Source: Bugula neritina
Taxonomy: Eukaryota; Animalia; Bryozoa
NCBI GenBank assembly: GCA_964035545.1
Contig: OZ037772.1
Coordinates: 2,108,001-2,172,000 of the forward strand
DNA length: 64,000 nt
Direction: 5' to 3'
Shown in pieces: positions 26,347 to 37,365 of this stretch. Each line of letters starts with the position of its first letter. Positions within the stretch are counted from its first letter, which is position 1. The notes under the pieces were generated by a model. The model did no database searches. It was not told where the DNA came from and was given only the letters and a program-made list of their open reading frames with translations. Both the position numbers and the translations under genes were made by a program.

Positions 26347-27060
26347 ACTTATCAGCTACAGTTTACTAATAATCAGCTCAGTGAGGTACTGAGAGATAAA
26401 ATGGATAATATTTGTCATCAACATAATTATCTTCATTACAATTCATCAATACACACACTCTGTAATTATAGTTGGATATGAGATGTTTTACTGTATCAAA
26501 TATGTGTTGTTATTTTACCATCTAATAAAGTTTATTTGTTAGCGAAAATATAGTCTGTTTTCATGCCTCATTAGCTTTAGTTCAAGTTGAGTTCGGTTAG
26601 TAAAAATAATTTTTACTGGAGCAGTAACTGTAAATGACTTGTCTGTGGGAGAATTTATTCACTGAATTGACATGCAAGTGCAAGTAACTCCAACATGACT
26701 AAGCAATTTTATTCCAACCATTCATAATAATAATATACATTCCACTGCTCTGTATACAACAGCATTGAGTAGCCAATCAAATTGTTTCTTGTCATGCAAT
26801 CAGGAATCTGATAAATAATATATAAGGCAATCAACTAGATATAAACACTGTTTTACTCAACACATGAGCTGTCTGTGATACAGCTGCTTTGTAAAATGTT
26901 TGTTAATTTGATTAGTTCAGTTACAGTTTAATTATGACGTATTCCCCATTCACCTGGTAGAAATACCATACAATATGTGCACAGACAAGTTGCAATGACT
27001 CTAACAGAAACTTTCTCAGTAGGTTTCAGTTCATCTTGAATATAGTACAGCTTGTTGTCA

Positions 27061-27465
27061 TTTGGCCTCAATAGTATTGATGATACACTACCTTGTTTGG
27101 CCTCAATAGTATTGATTGTATACTACCTTGTTTGGCCTCAATAGTATTGATGGTAGACTACCTTGTTTGGCCTCATTAGTATTGATGGTAGACTACCTTG
27201 TTTGGCCTCAATAGTCTTGATGGTAGACTACCTTGTTTGGCCTCAATACTATTGATGGTATACTACCTTGTTTGGCCTCAATAGTATTGATGGTAGACTA
27301 CCTTGTTTGGCCTCATTAGTATTGATGGTAGACTACCTTGTTTGGCCTCAATAGTCTTGATGGTAGACTACCTTGTTTGGCCTCAATACTATTGATGGTA
27401 TACTACCTTGTTTGGCCTCGATAGTCTTGATGATACATTACCTTGTTTGGCCTCAATAGTCTTGC
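27061..27465. repeat. 35-bp minisatellite, about 11 copies
   Basis: Unit tttggcctcaatagtattgatggtagactaccttg, head-to-tail with no spacers. Confidence 0.95.
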
Positions 27466-28067
27466 TAATATAAGATTAATAGCACAACTTACAAGATTCA
27501 ACTAATTTAAGTTGTGGAAATTTGCATGAATATAACACATATGAAATGTGAAAATAGCATTAAAAGTCAAGCAAGGAATTCACACTTTGACACAATTATA
27601 TACTTTCACTTGAAGGTAAGCTTGATGAACCAATATGAACTGCTCACAGAGTTTAACCACCTGTGTAGGATTTGCACCTACAATATTTAGTTACATCAAA
27701 GCCAAGTGAAAAATCTAACAGTTGATTTATTCTGTTGAAAGTTAAATTATTAACAGTCACTGATTGGCCATCACGATGGCACCATCACACTAGTTGATCT
27801 GCATGCTGCAAAATGCATCATGTCCTCTAGTTGAAGTGTGTGCGTGGAGTTGTCCTTTCGATATAATAACATAATGTACAAAATCTCTACAATATGCCAT
27901 CTGGGATATCTGTATGATAAACTTAACCAATCAACTAGCAGCATCTTGGTTATTCAATGGAATTATCAAACTATTATTTAACTGTAACAATATCCTAGTG
28001 AAACCTCTCAACTGTTCCTCCTATTCACTAATCCTCAAATTATTTTCCTCTACCAAATCAATACATT

Positions 28068-28809
28068 CACCGGCTTTCCATGGACCGATCTCCATGGAAA
28101 GACGCCAAAGATCGATCTCCGTCGATCTGAGCTGGTCGGTCTGTGGAGCTCGAACTCAGATCGATCTCATGTCAATAAGACCATGGAAAGACGCCAGATC
28201 GATCTGAGAAGTAGAAAAGGACTGCTCGCTACAATGTTGTCTGCTAATAAAAATGATAACTTATTGATAATTACTAAGCAAAGTATTAAATAATTATGAT
28301 AGCCACCTTTTCAGATACCAAAACTTTGACTTTCAGTACAATGATTAAGAAGACTCAATTGTATGCAGTAGAAGGTAAAAAAAATGGGAGAATTTAAATT
28401 GAATTAAAATGACTATTAAAACTTAGTTTCATTAGCTATTTTCTTTGTAATTTTAAGCCTAACAGTCCTGTAAGTTTATTAATAATCTGCAAGACGGCTA
28501 TTAATTTTATATAAGCTGTCAAGCTAAAAAATTAAAATTAATTATTTTAAATTGGCCAAATTACCATACACTGAAAGCTTTGCTGCTTATAGTTTATAGC
28601 TGAAATTAAATTTTAGACTAAGACCATCTTGTTTTCAACAGTAGTAGCTTTAATCACTCAAATAGGTGAACAAATTATACTTTTAAAGTACCCTTCACTT
28701 AAGAGGAGGCAACTTCGCGAGATCGATCTGACACTCTCATGGAAAAACGATCGATCTGAGAAATGTGCTCAGATCGATCTCGCTGAGATCGGTACATAGA
28801 AAGCCCGTG
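28068..28809. mobile_element. Non-autonomous DNA transposon, CMC (CACTA/Chapaev)-like, 742 bp
   Basis: CAC...GTG termini, 25-bp TIR with 3 mismatches, ATT on both sides, subterminal agatcgatct repeats. Confidence 0.65.
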
Positions 28810-29609
28810 ATTGTGCAGACCACATATTTAATCTCCTCTACATACAGTTTATATTCCAGCTATCAGAGTCATGATTCTACATCACATGAATGTTCTCTAC
28901 TTTAACAAGAGAATAACCAACTATAAAAACCTGCTATAGCACACAATATAGCAACCTGTTATAACATGACACACAGTACATCAATATTCATTCACTACAC
29001 AAAATATCTCAATACACATAACAACTGGAGCTGCTGAAGTTCAATGGCTTATATAAGTTGAATTGAACAAAACACTACGTTGTTCTTCAGCATATCAACT
29101 AGTATGAGTAGTGTGGAGAGATCTTTTATATATATAAAAACTTGTGTTTGAAGGAAATATTAAATTATATTATTCCTCTTAGTATCACATGTGACATGAA
29201 TATCAACTTATAGTTAGTCAGTTACTAGAAGTTTCTTTGTAACAGAAACTAGTCCGGGTTCCTCTGTAGTTCCATCTTCACGAGTCTGGCCTGAGCTGAG
29301 GTCACTGCATGATGACATCATTCACTAGGTTCTTCTTGGTGTCTGGAAATTTTCCACCAGTTACTCCAGTGACTGAAAGTGAAGCACTAATACCAGTGAC
29401 ACGGTCTCATACTCACTTGCTGAGTCATTGTGATTATTAGTTGATGACTTAATGTTTTAGTGAAGTTATAGTTATAGTTAACTTAAAGTCCTACTGATAC
29501 TGATAGCTAATATGCCCCTCAGTCTCATCTTCACTCTCAGTAATTGTAATACTGATAGTAAGACTAACTAACGTCTAATGCTAAGTTCAACTACTAATTA
29601 TTACACTTC

Positions 29610-29610
<1 letters not shown>

Positions 29611-29650
<40 letters not shown>

Positions 29651-30096
29651 CTAGTAGTAATGAGAGTACCAGTAGTAGTAGTAGTAGCGTTAGTAGTAGT
29701 AGCGGTAGTAGTAATGGGAGTACTAGTAGTAGTAATGGGAGTACTAGTAGTAGTAGCAGTAGTAGTGGTAGTACTAGTAGTAGTAGTAGTAGCAGCAGCA
29801 GCAGCAGCAGCAGTAGCAGCAGTAGTACTAGTAGTAGTAGTAGTAGTAGTGGCAGCAGTAGTAGTAGTAGCAGTAGTAGTAATGAGAGTACCAGTAGTAG
29901 TAGTAGCAGCAGTAGCAGTAGTAGTACTAGTAGTAATGAGAGTACCAGTAGTAGTAGTAGTAGTAGTAGTAGTAGCAGTAGTACTAGTAGTACTAGTAGT
30001 AGTGGTGGTAGTAGTAGTAGTGGTAGTGGTAGTAGTAGTAGTAGTACCAGTAGCAGTACTAGTAGTACCAGTAGCAGTACCAGTAGCAGCAGTAGC

Positions 30097-30139
<43 letters not shown>

Positions 30140-30213
30140 CTAGTAGTAATGAGAGTACCAGTAGTAGTAGTAGCAGCAGTAGCAGTAGTAGTACTAGTAG
30201 TAATGAGAGTACC

Positions 30214-30248
<35 letters not shown>

Positions 30249-30479
30249 CAGTAGTACTAGTAGTAGTGGTGGTAGTAGTAGTAGTGGTAGTGGTAGTAGT
30301 AGTAGTAGTACCAGTAGCAGTACTAGTAGTACCAGTAGCAGTACCAGTAGCAGCAGTAGCAGTAGTAGTAGTAGTAGCAGTAGTAGTAGTAGCAGTAGTA
30401 GTAGTAGTAGTAGTAGTAGTACTAGTAGTGGTAGTACTAGTAGTGGTAGTAGTAGTAGTAGTAGCAGTAGTAGTAGTAG
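29611..30479. repeat. Degenerate (AGT)n microsatellite with internal block duplication
   Basis: AGT/AGC/GGT triplets; the block starting near 29870 recurs about 260 bp downstream. Confidence 0.95.
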
Positions 30480-31067
30480 ATGGAGGTTACCAATTCTGTC
30501 ACTAAATTAAACCGGCAATAGCTTTCCACACTGGCCGGTCAGCACTTTATCTACATGAAATCCGCACATAAGCCAAAGTTGGGGCTAGCATGTGTCCCTA
30601 GGCTCACTCTCCTAGATGCTACAAATGCTGTCACCGTGTCCACTCTTGCAGGTCAATATACAACCCAACAGGAAACTAAAGACAACAGAACGGGGCTGAC
30701 AAACCAACCAATCAAATTATAAATAAAGAGGAACTCATGACTCACTCTGTCCAGACGGTGTCGGTAGATGAGGCCATTTTTGTTCACCCAAAACGTGTTG
30801 AATCCATCTTTTTTACTACAAAGCAATCATGTGACCATTATCATGTGACCAACTCCATATTATTGCAGAAAGCAGTAGAAAGTGTTAAACTTGCGAAGTG
30901 CAAGTAGCCATGTTGGAGGAATCTACTAGCGGAAAGGGACTCACATGAAGTTTTTCCTCGTCTCCTCCACGAAACCGTCTTTCTTGTTGTACGTGAAGAG
31001 GTTCCACTTCCAGAACATGAGGGCTCTCCACTGGGACACGCCCCTCATTGTCCACCTGTTGGGAAGT

Positions 31068-34000
31068 AATATATCATATCTACACTGTAATATATACTCT
31101 CTATACTGTAATATATCCTCTCTACACTGTAATATATCCTCTCTACACTGTAATATATCTTCTCTATACTGTAATATATCCTCTCTACACTGTAATATAT
31201 CCTCTCTACACTGTAATATATACTCTCTATACTGTAATATATCCTCTCTACACTGTAATATATCTTCTCTATACTGTAATATATCCTCTCTATACTGTAA
31301 TATATCCTCTTTACACTGTAATATATCTTCTCTACACTGTAATATATCCTCTCTATACTGTAATATATCCTCTCTACACTGTAATATATCCTCTCTACAC
31401 TGTAATATATCCTCTCTACACTGTAATATATACTCTCTATACTGTAATATATCCTCTCTACACTGTAATATATCTTCTCTATACTGTAATATATCCTCTC
31501 TATACTGTAATATATCCTCTCTACACTGTAATATATCTTCTCTATACTGTAATATATCCTCTCTATACTGTATTATATCCTCTCTATACTGTAATATATC
31601 CTCTCTACACTGTAATATATCCTCTCTACACTGTAATATATCTTCTCTATACTGTAATATATCCTCTCTATACTGTAATATATCCTCTCTACACTGTAAT
31701 ATATCCTCTCTACACTGTAATATATCCTCTCTATACTGTAATATATCCTCTCTATACTGTAATATATCCTCTCTATACTGTATTATATCCTCTCTATACT
31801 GTAATATATACTCTCTATACTGTAATATATCCTCTCTATACTGTAATATATCCTCTCTATACTGTAATATATACTCTCTATACTGTAATATATCCTCTCT
31901 ATACTGTAATATATCCTCTCTATACTGTAATATATCCTCTCTACACTGTAATATATCCTCTCTACACTGTAATATATACTCTCTACACTGTAATATATCC
32001 TCTCTACACTGTAATATATCCTCTCTATACTGTAATATATCCTCTCTACACTGTAATATATCCGCTCTACACTGTAATATATCCTCTCTACACTGTAATA
32101 TATACTCTCTACACTGTAATATATCCTCTCTATACTGTAATATATCCTCTCTATACTGTAATATATCCTCTCTACACTGTAATATATCCTCTCTATACTG
32201 TAATATATCCTCTCTATACTGTAATATATCCTCTCTACACTGTAATATATCCTCTCTATACTGTGATATATCCTCTCTACACTGTAATATATCCTCTCTA
32301 CACTGTAATATATACTCTCTACACTGTAATATCTCCTCTCTACACTGTAATATATCCTCTCTATACTGTATTATATCCTCTCTATACTGTAATATATACT
32401 CTCTATACTGTAATATATCCTCTCTATACTGTAATATATACTCTCTATACTGTAATATATACTCTCTACACTGTAATATATACTCTCTATACTGTAATAT
32501 ATCCTCTCTATACTGTAATATATACTCTCTATACTGTAATATATACTCTCTACACTGTAATATATACTCTCTATACTGTAATATATCCTCTCTATACTGT
32601 AATATATCCTCTCCACACTGTAATATATACTCTCTATACTGTAATATATCCTCTCTATACTGTAATATATCCTCTCTATACTGTAATATATCCTCTCTAT
32701 ACTGTAATATATCCTCTCTACACTGTAATATATATTCTCTACACTGTAATATATACTCTCTACACTGTAATATATCCTCTCTATACTGTAATATATCCTC
32801 TCTACACTGTAATATATCCTCTCTATACTGTAATATATCCTCTCTACACTGTAATATATCCTCTCTACACTGTAATATATACTCTCTACACTGTAATATA
32901 TCCTCTCTATACTGTATTATATCCTCTCTATACTGTAATATATACTCTCTATACTGTAATATATCCTCTCTATACTGTAATATATCCTCTCTATACTGTA
33001 ATATATACTCTCTATACTGTAATATATCCTCTCTATAATGTAATATATCATCTCTATACTGTAATATATACTCTCTATACTGTAATATATCCTCTCTATA
33101 CTGTATTATATCCTCTCTATACTGTAATATATACTCTCTATACTGTAATATATACTCTCTACACTGTAATATATCCTCTCTATACTGTAATATATACTCT
33201 CTATACTGTAATATATCCTCTCTACACTGTAATATATCTTCTCTACACTGTAATATATCCTCTCTACACTGTAATATATCCTCTCTACACTGTAATATAT
33301 ACTCTCTACACTGTAATATATCCTCTCTACACTGTAATATATACTCTCTATACTGTAATATATACTCTCTACACTGTAATATATCCTTTCTATACTGCAA
33401 TATATCCTCTTTATACTGTAATATATCCACTCTATACTGTAATATATCCTCTTTATACTGTATTATATCCTCTCTATACTGTAATATATACTCTCTACGC
33501 TGTAATATATCCTCTCTATACTGTAATATATCCTCTCTACACTGTAATATATCCTCTCTATACTGTGATATATCCTCTCTACACTGTAATATATCCTCTC
33601 TACACTGTAATATATACTCTCTACACTGTAATATCTCCTCTCTACACTGTAATATATCCTCTCTATACTGTATTATATCCTCTCTATACTGTAATATATA
33701 CTCTCTATACTGTAATATATCCTCTCTATACTGTAATATATACTCTCTATACTGTAATATATACTCTCTACACTGTAATATATACTCTCTATACTGTAAT
33801 ATATCCTCTCTATACTGTAATATATACTCTCTATACTGTAATATATACTCTCTACACTGTAATATATACTCTCTATACTGTAATATATCCTCTCTATACT
33901 GTAATATATCCTCTCCACACTGTAATATATACTCTCTATACTGTAATATATCCTCTCTATACTGTAATATATCCTCTCTATACTGTAATATATCCTCTCT

Positions 34001-34593
34001 ATACTGTAATATATCCTCTCTACACTGTAATATATATTCTCTACACTGTAATATATCTTCTCTACACTGTAATATATCCTCTCTACACTGTAATATATCC
34101 TCTCTACACTGTAATATATACTCTCTACACTGTAATATATCCTCTCTATACTGTATTATATACTCTCTACACTGTAATATATACTCTCTATACTGTAATA
34201 TATCCTCTCTATACTGTAATATATACTCTCTATACTGTAATATATACTCTCTACACTGTAATATATCTTCTCTATACTGTAATATATCCTCTCTACACTG
34301 TAATATATACTCTCTATACTGTAATATATACTCTCTACACTGTAATATATCCTTTCTATACTGCAATATATCCTCTTTATACTGTAATATATCCACTCTA
34401 TACTGTAATATATCCTCTTTATACTGTATTATATCCTCTCTATACTGTAATATATACTCTCTACGCTGTAATATATCCTCTCTATACTGTAATATATCCT
34501 CTCTATACTGTAATATATCCTCTCTATACTGTAATATATACTCTCTATACTGTAATATATCCTCTCTACACTGTAATATATACTCTCTACACT
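31068..34593. repeat. 21-bp minisatellite (ctgtaatatatcctctctaYa), about 168 copies, filling an intron
   Basis: Direct periodicity; variant blocks recur at offsets of 1302 and 966 bp. Confidence 0.97.
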
Positions 34594-35153
34594 GATTATT
34601 ATACCTGACTTTAATGGCCCCCTCGTCAGGGTGAGATGAAATGTTAATTATGTATAGATTTACGTCTGCGTACAGCAGATTGCAGAGTAACCTCAGCTTT
34701 GTGAGTTGCATCGCACACTTCGCTACCCCCCCTGAAACAGTGAGTGACAGAGTAAAAACTTAGGCTACACGTGGGAATATTGCAGACATAATATGACAGA
34801 GTTGTACATATAAAACAAGTATACATTGTATGTACCTATAGTATAAGGTATATACATTGTATGTACCTATAGTACAAGGCATATACATTGTATGTACCTA
34901 TAGTACAAGGCATATAGTACAAGACGTAACTACATGCAATATACACTCACTTGAAAGTCTTATTTTTGCCGGTGAAGTTATTCTCGAACACGAGGTCTGT
35001 GGTGTAGTGATTGTAGTAGTGAACCGATGACTTGAAGAACACAGGAAACTACAGAAAGAAGAGATCAGCATCAACAGTAGCAACTACATGCCTTGACAGA
35101 GTAACTGAGTTACCAGAGAGAGAGACAACTCCCTGACAGAGTACCTGAGTTAC

Positions 35154-35156
<3 letters not shown>

Positions 35157-35207
<51 letters not shown>

Positions 35208-35393
35208 GAGGGGAGGGGGAGGGGGAGGGGGTTTGGGGTTTGGGGGAGGGGGAGGGGGAGGGGGAGAGGGAGAGGGAGAGGGAGAGGGAGAGGGAGAGAG
35301 GGAGAGAGGGAGAGAGGGAGAGAGGGAGAGGGAGAGAGGGAGAGAGGGAGAGAGGGAGAGAGGGAGAGAGGGAGAGAGGGAGAGAGGGAGAGA
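35157..35393. repeat. Polypurine (GA)n / G-run tract
   Basis: Almost purely G/A for about 235 bp with G4-G5 runs. Confidence 0.9.
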
Positions 35394-35661
35394 GGACGGT
35401 TCAACAGTTACTAGCACCTCAATTTCCCAACACTTCTCACCTGTTCTGTGATCTTCACCTTGACCTCTTCCAACTTGTCATGGCCCGGTAGTCTGCTGTC
35501 TCCACTGTTGGAATCTGGTTTTATACCCTCACTCTCATTGGATGAGCCGTTAGCCAATAACGTGTGAGCAAATGGTGTGTTGGTGTTTAATGCTGAGTTA
35601 TTACCAGTGTTTACTGCTGACTGATAGAGATTCGGCCTCAACTACAAAACATAACAGGATA

Positions 35662-35966
35662 ATCTACAGTACAAGGAGAGGATCTGATGTACAAGGAGAG
35701 GATCTACAGTACAAGGAGAGGATCTGATGTACAAGGAGAGGATCTACAGTACAAGGAGAGGATCTACAGTACAAGGAGAGGATCTACAGTACAAGGAGAA
35801 GATCTACAGTACAAGGAGAGGATCTACAGTACAAAGAGAAGATCTACAGTACAAGGAGGGGATCTACAGTACAAGGAGAAGATCTACAGTACAAGGAGAG
35901 GATCTACAGTACAAGGAGAGGATCTACAGTACAAGGAGAGGATCTACAGTACAAAGAGAGGATCTA
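35662..35966. repeat. 20-bp minisatellite (gatctacagtacaaggagag), about 15 copies
   Basis: Direct periodicity, intronic. Confidence 0.95.
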
Positions 35967-36150
35967 ATGTATTCCTTAGCTACAGTCTCACAAGAGAATG
36001 GATACTCTACCAGATGTGTGTATGATATGTGAGTGGTAGATGAGCTCACCTGGTCAGTCATTGAGAGTCGAATGAGTTCACTGGATATCACTCCGTCTGT
36101 GTCACACAGGAAGTGCTTCCTCTGAGAGTTCTGGACCTTCGTCTTTGTTC

Positions 36151-37218
36151 CTATGGCAACAGCAGTGGCATTATTAGTTACTATAGCAACAGCAGTGAAA
36201 CTATTAGTTACTATGGCAACAGCAGTGGCATTATTAGTTACTATAGCAACAGCAGTGAAACTATTAGTTACTATGGCAACAGCAGTGAAACTATTAGTTA
36301 CTATGGCGACAGCAGGGAGACTATTAGTTACTATAGCAACAGTAGTGAAACTATTAGTTACTATAGCAACAGCAATGAAACTATTAGTTACTATGGCGAC
36401 AGCAGTGAGACTATTAGTTACTATAGCAACAGCAGTGAGACTATTAGTTACTATAGCAACAGCAGTGGAACTATTAGTTACTATGGCAACAGCAGTGAGA
36501 CTATTAGTTACTATAGCAACAGCAGTGAAACTATTAGTTACTATGGCAACAGCAGTGGAACTATTAGTTACTATAGCAACAGTAGTGAAACTATTAGTTA
36601 CTATAGCAACAGCAGGGAGACTATTAGTTACTATAGCAACAGTAGTGAAACTATTAGTTACTATGGCAACAGCAGTGAGACTATTAGTTACTATGGCAAC
36701 AGCAGTGAAACTATTAGTTACTATGGCAACAGCAGTGAAACTATTAGTTACTATGGCAACAGCAGTGAAACTATTAGTTACTATAGCAACAGCAGTGAAA
36801 CTATTAGTTACTATAGCAACAGTAGTGAAACTAGTAGTTACTATAGCAACAGCAGGGAGACTATTAGTTACTATAGCAACAGCAGTGGAACTATTAGTTA
36901 CTATAGCAACAGTAGTGAAACTATTAGTTACTATAGCAACAGCAGGGAGACTATTAGTTACTATAGCAACAGTAGTGAAACTATTAGTTACTATGGCAAC
37001 AGCAGTGAGACTATTAGTTACTATGGCAACAACAGTGAAACTATTAGTTACTATGGCAACAGCAGTGAAACTATTAGTTACTATGGCAACAGCAGTGAAA
37101 CTATTAGTTACTATAGCAACAGCAGTGAAACTATTAGTTACTATAGCAACAGTAGTGAAACTAGTAGTTACTATAGCAACAGCAGGGAGACTATTAGTTA
37201 ATATAGCAACAGCAGTGT
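36151..37218. repeat. 30-bp minisatellite (ctatagcaacagcagtgaaactattagtta), about 35 copies
   Basis: Direct periodicity; starts exactly at the minus-strand splice acceptor (36152-36151). Confidence 0.97.
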
Positions 37219-37239
37219 AACTAGTAGCTTAACTAATTC

Positions 37240-37365
37240 GTGCACAGAGCAAATATAAACATACACAGCTATAGTGTACACAGAGTATATATAAATATAC
37301 ACAGCTATAGTGTACACAGAGTATATATAAATATACACAGCTATAGTGTACACAGAGTATATATA
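37240..37365. repeat. Short tandem repeat of roughly 36 bp, 3-4 copies
   Basis: atacacagctatagtgtacacagagtatatataaat recurs. Confidence 0.75.

Larger units (their letters stand above)
11800..27465 (+). repeat. Segmental duplication block, paralogous to about 47560-64000
   Basis: Same order in both: collagen last exon, GIY-YIG remnant, 17-bp satellite, hAT remnant, TRIM gene, 35-bp satellite; introns align. Confidence 0.95.
30746..36150 (-). pseudogene. C6orf136 / DUF2358-family homologue; exons 36150-36050, 35641-35441, 35048-34951, 34731-34605, 31055-30945, 30815-30746; one +1 frameshift (pseudogene or homopolymer error); first and last exons unresolved
   Basis: Spliced peptide ...KLEEVKVKITEQFPVFF...YTTDLVFENNF...G..QLTKLRLLCNLLYADVNLYIINISSHPDEGAIKVRWTM...DGFNTFWVNKNGLIYRHRLDR resembles C6orf136 (L...LP.LF...Y..DVEF.N; HPE..T...RW; D.YSTFYLN..GLI.RHRLDK). 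Exon 34731-34605 is 127 nt, one too many, at a G7 run. Confidence 0.8.

Noticed and set aside
27061-27465. CRISPR-like 35-bp repeats
   Set aside because: Head-to-tail units with no spacers, no cas genes, eukaryotic context.
29578-30510. Poly-Ser and poly-Val ORFs
   Set aside because: (AGT)n microsatellite.
29305-30675. Terminal exons of the C6orf136-like gene (about 30675-30607 and 29373-29305)
   Set aside because: Plausible splice signals but no recognisable homology; the stop position cannot be fixed.
30945-34608. Plus-strand 697 aa and 1186 aa ORFs
   Set aside because: Antisense readings of the 21-bp array.
35049-37220. GA-rich, YKERIYS and SSETISYY ORFs
   Set aside because: Simple or tandem repeats in introns of the minus-strand gene.
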